Virus record (IMG/VR): IMGVR_UViG_3300028840_005764
Span: 64,001-128,000 of that record
DNA: 64,000 nucleotides
Direction: 5' to 3' (one strand)
Source: a virus
Made by a program: the position numbers and the translations under genes. Each line of letters starts with the position of its first letter. Positions within the stretch are counted from its first letter, which is position 1. This document shows positions 59,543 through 64,000 of this stretch, piece after piece. The notes below the pieces were generated by a model. That model was not told where the DNA came from. It saw only the letters and a program-made list of their open reading frames with translations, and made no database searches.

Positions 59543-61581
59543 TCAAAATGAGTCTCAGCTTTGGTTGTTTGCCAGCCGGCGGAATTGGAGTGTCATGTGG
59601 TGATTCGTTTTCATAGTGTAGAAAAACTTTCAACCACTTCTTCTTGAATTCTTTCCAATTTATGACCATTGTATTTCTTCTCTTTTATGACAATAATGTT
59701 CTATGATTTGTTCTTTTGTAAATTGGCTTTCATGGGGACCGGCCCGGTTGTTGGATATGATCTCATCAGCAGTATCTCCATACATACTGCTGCTTCCGTT
59801 TTTTTCTACACGCGCAAGACGTTGTTCAAGTTCTGTAAGACCTCGTTTGCCATATTCTTCTTTATAGTATTCCTTGAATTCTTCTAACGACAAACCAAAA
59901 GTCGCTGGTGCGTCTACAACAGTAGACCACTCCATGTACCAGTCGTGTTCTCCGTCATTCAGCTTGATTATGAATCTGGGCATTCTTCTACCTCTGCCGC
60001 GTCTAACCACGCGGCATACGTGTGTTCAAATGTACCGTGATCATCGGGATGTAATTCTATTATCATACCACTTTTGAGTATTACTTTAACTATTGTGCCA
60101 CTACTCCATGAATCTGTTTTACTCATGTAATCGATATTATTGAATGGTATGATTGTTCCAAATTTTGATTGGAAAAAATTGCTAGGCATCATCCCCCTCC
60201 CTTATCCAAAATTCGCACAGTTTGGAGAAGTGTTTGGTACTCAGGTATATTGGAAGATCTTTCACTGGTTTTTTATGATGTGCAAGATACGGGATGATAT
60301 CCCAATCCTCTCCAGCCTCGAATCTTGAAGCTGCTGCACAAAGGATTTTTTGAGCTTTTTCTGGTTCGTTGAAAAATCTCAGTATGTTGTCTAGATTTTT
60401 CCATTCTTCTGCTATTGGCCAATCGACAACTTTGTCTTCTTTGCACCTGTCTCTTGCCGCGTTTTGAGACACTAGCGCATAGAAAATTCGTGTTCGTAGA
60501 TTACAGTGGCCTATGGTCGGGGTCTTTGGCTTCTCTAATCCATATGCTTTGCCGAGCGCCCACGCGTAGTTCGGGCAAATATTGACAAATGCCAGTGCAT
60601 GGTGAAGATATGCTTCTCTGATTTCATCTTCTTCCAACTCCCCATATTTTGATTTCATTCCTTCTGAGCGCCACATTTGTCTGATCACGGCCAGAGCTGC
60701 ATTGTCATTCATATCAGTCCCTCTTGTAGGTTTTCTCAATATAGTCTTTGGCTTCTTTTAATGTCTGGAAGTTGTGTGTAGATACAGGCCCAAATGCACC
60801 GAAAATATCTTTGCCATAATCTAATACATAACCGTAGTTATATTTGTCGTCTTGAAAGAAATGTCGGAAGTTGCCGCGAGGAGAACGCCATATTGGTTTC
60901 GATCTTTTTCTCATGGAAATTTTCTCCTACCGGCGTCATCTTTGCCATATTTATCAAGGCAATAATCACACTCCTTATTACCACGAAATCCTTCTTCATC
61001 TAGAACTTGTTTTTCTAGTTCACAAAACCACCAACGAAGATTTTGTCGTGGTTCGTTGCTAAAACCATGCTCTACAGCAGACAAATTACTAGATGCAAAT
61101 TTGCCGTATCTCATAAACTCAAGTGCTCGCATGACGCCGAATGCCTCACAGTACCATGGGCAATTGCAGGATAAAGAGACTCTGTCTGTGTCTTCACCGT
61201 GATTTCTGAGAGCGTCCCTGGACGCGTGTAGCAGTGCTTTGATAGTGCTTTCTGTTTCTTTGATTATGACATCTGTCAATTTTTTTAGTCTGACTGTTGA
61301 CGTCAAGCCTTCGCGAAAGTATTTTGGTTTGTTGTTATTTGGTAATGAGCTCATTTATTACCTCTCGATCGTATCGCCAGCTGGAATAACTTCTACTTCT
61401 ATATATGGAAAATGTTTTTTTACATACGCCACACCACATCTATATGCAACATCAAACGATAATGTAAGTGGTTCTATACTGACGTGCGCCGGGAATGGAG
61501 AAGGAAAATTAGTTTTTAAAAAGACTTTGTCAGTTGCGTGTGCCAGTATAACTGTGGCTTTAACAAATCGTAGACCGTACA

Positions 61582-61956
61582 TTATATTATTCCTATATAT
61601 TTAAGTAAAGCCATGGCGATTAGAACAAATAATGATAATACACCAATTACAATACATATTAGAACGAATGCGACTATGATTTCTATTATTGTAAAACCTT
61701 TATTTAGATTTGATTTATTTCTTTTTATTAATTTCATTATCTCGTCTATCTTTACTTCTACAGCTCCAGCGGCTATTGCTTTTTCTTGAAGCTGTTCATC
61801 AAGCTCATAGCAAGGATGTAATTTTGTATTTAAGAATTTCGAACGATCCAATCCAAGTTTTTCTTCAGCAAACTTATGAAGGAATTTGACATCACCATCA
61901 GATATTAGTTTTTGATTATGTATCATCATCTTTTTTGGGCGCGGATATAGCGGCAT
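61582..61956 (-). CDS. DUF4031-like protein with C-terminal prepilin-type GFTxIE segment
   Basis: LISD....LH.FA..LGL.R..F...HP.Y.L.....KAI.AGA ; KGFTIIEIIV followed by a hydrophobic helix. Confidence 0.6.
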   Translation of the reverse strand: MPLYPRPKKMMIHNQKLISDGDVKFLHKFAEEKLGLDRSKFLNTKLHPCYELDEQLQEKAIAAGAVEVKIDEIMKLIKRNKSNLNKGFTIIEIIVAFVLICIVIGVLSLFVLIAMALLKYIGII

Positions 61957-62341
61957 CTTTTCCTCTGTTCTTTTTGAAGCAATTGCGTATTACTTGCATC
62001 TTCCAATATGTGTCAATCAGAATGCAAAGTTGACGTACAGATACATCTATTGTAGCTGTGTCGCCGTTCATGGTGCGCATGCCATAATCGGCTTCAGAAA
62101 GTAATCTCGTTATTTCTTTGTCATTGAGAGTGCTGTAATCTTGATCTCTAGCACATGTGATGAGATTGACTAATTTCTTTTGATCGTTGTCTGATAGAAG
62201 CGGTGTTTCTATCTCTTTCAAATCTCCAGTTGAAATGTAGAACGTATGTGTTTTCGCACGTGGATATTTTTGTTTTTCCGCGTGTTTTTTTATTTTGTAC
62301 GGCATGGCGATAACCTCCGACGGTTATATACCACAATGCCT

Positions 62342-63379
62342 TTATTTTTTTACTGACAAAATGGCATCACGAATAGCGATTGCGAGATTGTAGGCGAGGG
62401 GTGGGGCCACTGAGTTTCCAATCTGCCCAAGAACAGAATAGATCGGGCCACTGAAAACGTAGTCCTTTGGGAATCCCTGGATGATTTTGATGTCCTCGAG
62501 CGACAGCCTGTAGCACCCGTGGTTCTTTCCTTGTACAGCCTTGTCCAGAGCATCCAAACGCGTCTTCTGGATGCCGTGTGCCCAAATCTGGAGCTTCTCC
62601 CACACGCCTTTGGCGTAGGCTGAGTTCATGATGGAGGTTGTTGGATTCTTCTTCTTGAGGCCAGAAGTCAATGTTGGTGCCAATGTGTCGAATCCGATGG
62701 CTGGCAATCCGAGAGCTTCGCGCACGCCCATCTCGAAGCTGTGTGTGGGTAACGGTATGTGGAAATTCTTCATAAATTTCTTATTTCTGAACCCAATGAA
62801 AAACACGCGTTGTCGATTCTGTGGGCATCCGAAATCGTTGGCGTGCAACAAGCATTTGATAGTAGTGTACTTTTCATCTCTTGCCGGGATGAATATCTGC
62901 TCGCGCACGTACTCGTAGAAGCGATCGGAGAGAATGTTGGGGACATTTTCAATCAAGAAGATTTTCGGTCGTAGTGTTTTGACGATCTGCATGAACGCAG
63001 GGATCATGTCGCGTTCATCATCACCCCCCTTCAGCTTCCCATTTTTCGAGAACGGTTGGCACGGAGGGCCGCCAATGATGACATCTGGTTTGTCATATTT
63101 TCTGAAATCTGTTTCCGTCACATCGCCATGAACCTTGATTTTTTGATGGTTTAGGCGAAGTGTGTTGGCTGATTTGTCGTGGGTCTCATTGAAGCAGAGG
63201 ATGTCGAAGCCCGCGCGAATGAACCCTAGATCCAGTCCGCCACATCCGCTGAATAACGATATGGTTTTGATGCCGTTTTTTTTCAATTGTTGAATGAAAT
63301 CACCAGGTTCAATTTTCGGTGTAGGAACCTTATAATTTTGTTTCATTTTCTTCGTTTTTGGTCTAGGTTTTAGTTGCAT
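62342..63379 (-). CDS. C5-cytosine DNA methyltransferase
   Basis: SLFSGCGGLDLG, GGPPCQPFS, ENV, Q.R.R.F, QIGNSV.P. Confidence 0.95.
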   Translation of the reverse strand: MQLKPRPKTKKMKQNYKVPTPKIEPGDFIQQLKKNGIKTISLFSGCGGLDLGFIRAGFDILCFNETHDKSANTLRLNHQKIKVHGDVTETDFRKYDKPDVIIGGPPCQPFSKNGKLKGGDDERDMIPAFMQIVKTLRPKIFLIENVPNILSDRFYEYVREQIFIPARDEKYTTIKCLLHANDFGCPQNRQRVFFIGFRNKKFMKNFHIPLPTHSFEMGVREALGLPAIGFDTLAPTLTSGLKKKNPTTSIMNSAYAKGVWEKLQIWAHGIQKTRLDALDKAVQGKNHGCYRLSLEDIKIIQGFPKDYVFSGPIYSVLGQIGNSVAPPLAYNLAIAIRDAILSVKK

Positions 63380-63446
63380 TTGTCACTTCCTCCTTGACTA
63401 TTAGCAGTATAGTCGGCTAAATTAGCCTAGTCAATGTTAAAAATTC

Positions 63447-63477
63447 TTGACAAATGTTTCCTAGGTGATGGTATATA
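63447..63477 (+). promoter_or_regulatory. Promoter of the divergent plus-strand unit
   Basis: TTGACA-N17-GGTATAT, then RBS GAGG. Confidence 0.55.
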
Positions 63478-63496
63478 GAAAAAATTGAGGTAAAAC

Positions 63497-63910
63497 ATGT
63501 CAGAGATCTGCACCTACGTTGAGTTCTACTTTTCCGGTATGCTCTTTCCTGAAGTATCACGTCAGGAGATGGATTCTGATGACTACCGTGAAGTGCGGCA
63601 AGACATGCCAGGAAGGTCATATGCCTTTGCATTCAACAGAATTGAAACGATCACCGTTGAATTCTCAAATGGAGTCAGACGAAAAATTACGCAAAGTCTT
63701 GGAAGAAGTCCTATTTATTATCCGGATGGAAAGGTTTTTAGCATTGCAGAGATTAAAGAACAAAAACCTGATTCGGTGTTGTATAGAAATATGTGTGTGA
63801 ATGATTGGGATGCAGTCGTTTGCACAAAGCAAGGTAATTACCAGCATTTAGAAGAAGGTGATGTAGTTTTTGGTGAGAATTATAGCTTCACGTATAAGAG
63901 ACGAAAATGA
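63497..63910 (+). CDS. Hypothetical phage protein
   Basis: RBS GAGG, 137-aa ORF. Confidence 0.6.
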   Translation: MSEICTYVEFYFSGMLFPEVSRQEMDSDDYREVRQDMPGRSYAFAFNRIETITVEFSNGVRRKITQSLGRSPIYYPDGKVFSIAEIKEQKPDSVLYRNMCVNDWDAVVCTKQGNYQHLEEGDVVFGENYSFTYKRRK

Positions 63911-64000
63911 GTTGGAAGAGCGGTACTGAATTATATGAAGCAATAATGGACGCTTTGCGTAAAACAGGATTGTCTCACGAGGCGTTTGCTGATGCTGGTT

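Larger units (their letters stand above)
51525..62305 (-). other. Dense array of about 30 small hypothetical phage genes
   Basis: Overlapping or abutting minus-strand ORFs with RBSs; mostly no recognisable family. Confidence 0.6.

Overview
This window is part of a large lytic bacteriophage genome, probably a jumbo phage. Several protein families suggest a Myxococcota or other deltaproteobacterial host (inference). 1-19.5 kb (+) is a replication/recombination block: a poly-Asp protein, DnaE with a mini-intein, HU, UvsY-like, gp32-like SSB, RecA, SbcD/SbcC, class II RNR, Dam-like MTase, DnaQ-like exonuclease, RuvC-like resolvase and UDG. 19.5-31 kb (-) is a tRNA array with 21 conventional tRNAs, several non-canonical tRNA-like RNAs and a vWA (Ro/TROVE-like) + ARPP-1-like operon. 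31-50 kb (-) holds GC-rich, probably early genes. 49.9-51.5 kb is non-coding, with sigma54-type motifs and iteron-like repeats, and may be a genome end or origin. 51.5-63.4 kb (-) holds small hypothetical genes and a C5 MTase. Two observations stand out. (1) Five ncRNAs share an exactly spaced GAACT-N10-TT(C/T)AG stem module. It is grafted onto tRNA bodies at three different positions, and three copies lie directly upstream of the Ro/TROVE-like vWA gene, suggesting a Y-RNA-like RNP system. (2) A short basic/proline tag (I-x-R-x-P-R-P-K) recurs at the termini of about 10 unrelated, mostly DNA-acting proteins, in a genome that also encodes a 120-residue poly-Asp tract. All family calls come from motif recognition by eye; no database searches were run.
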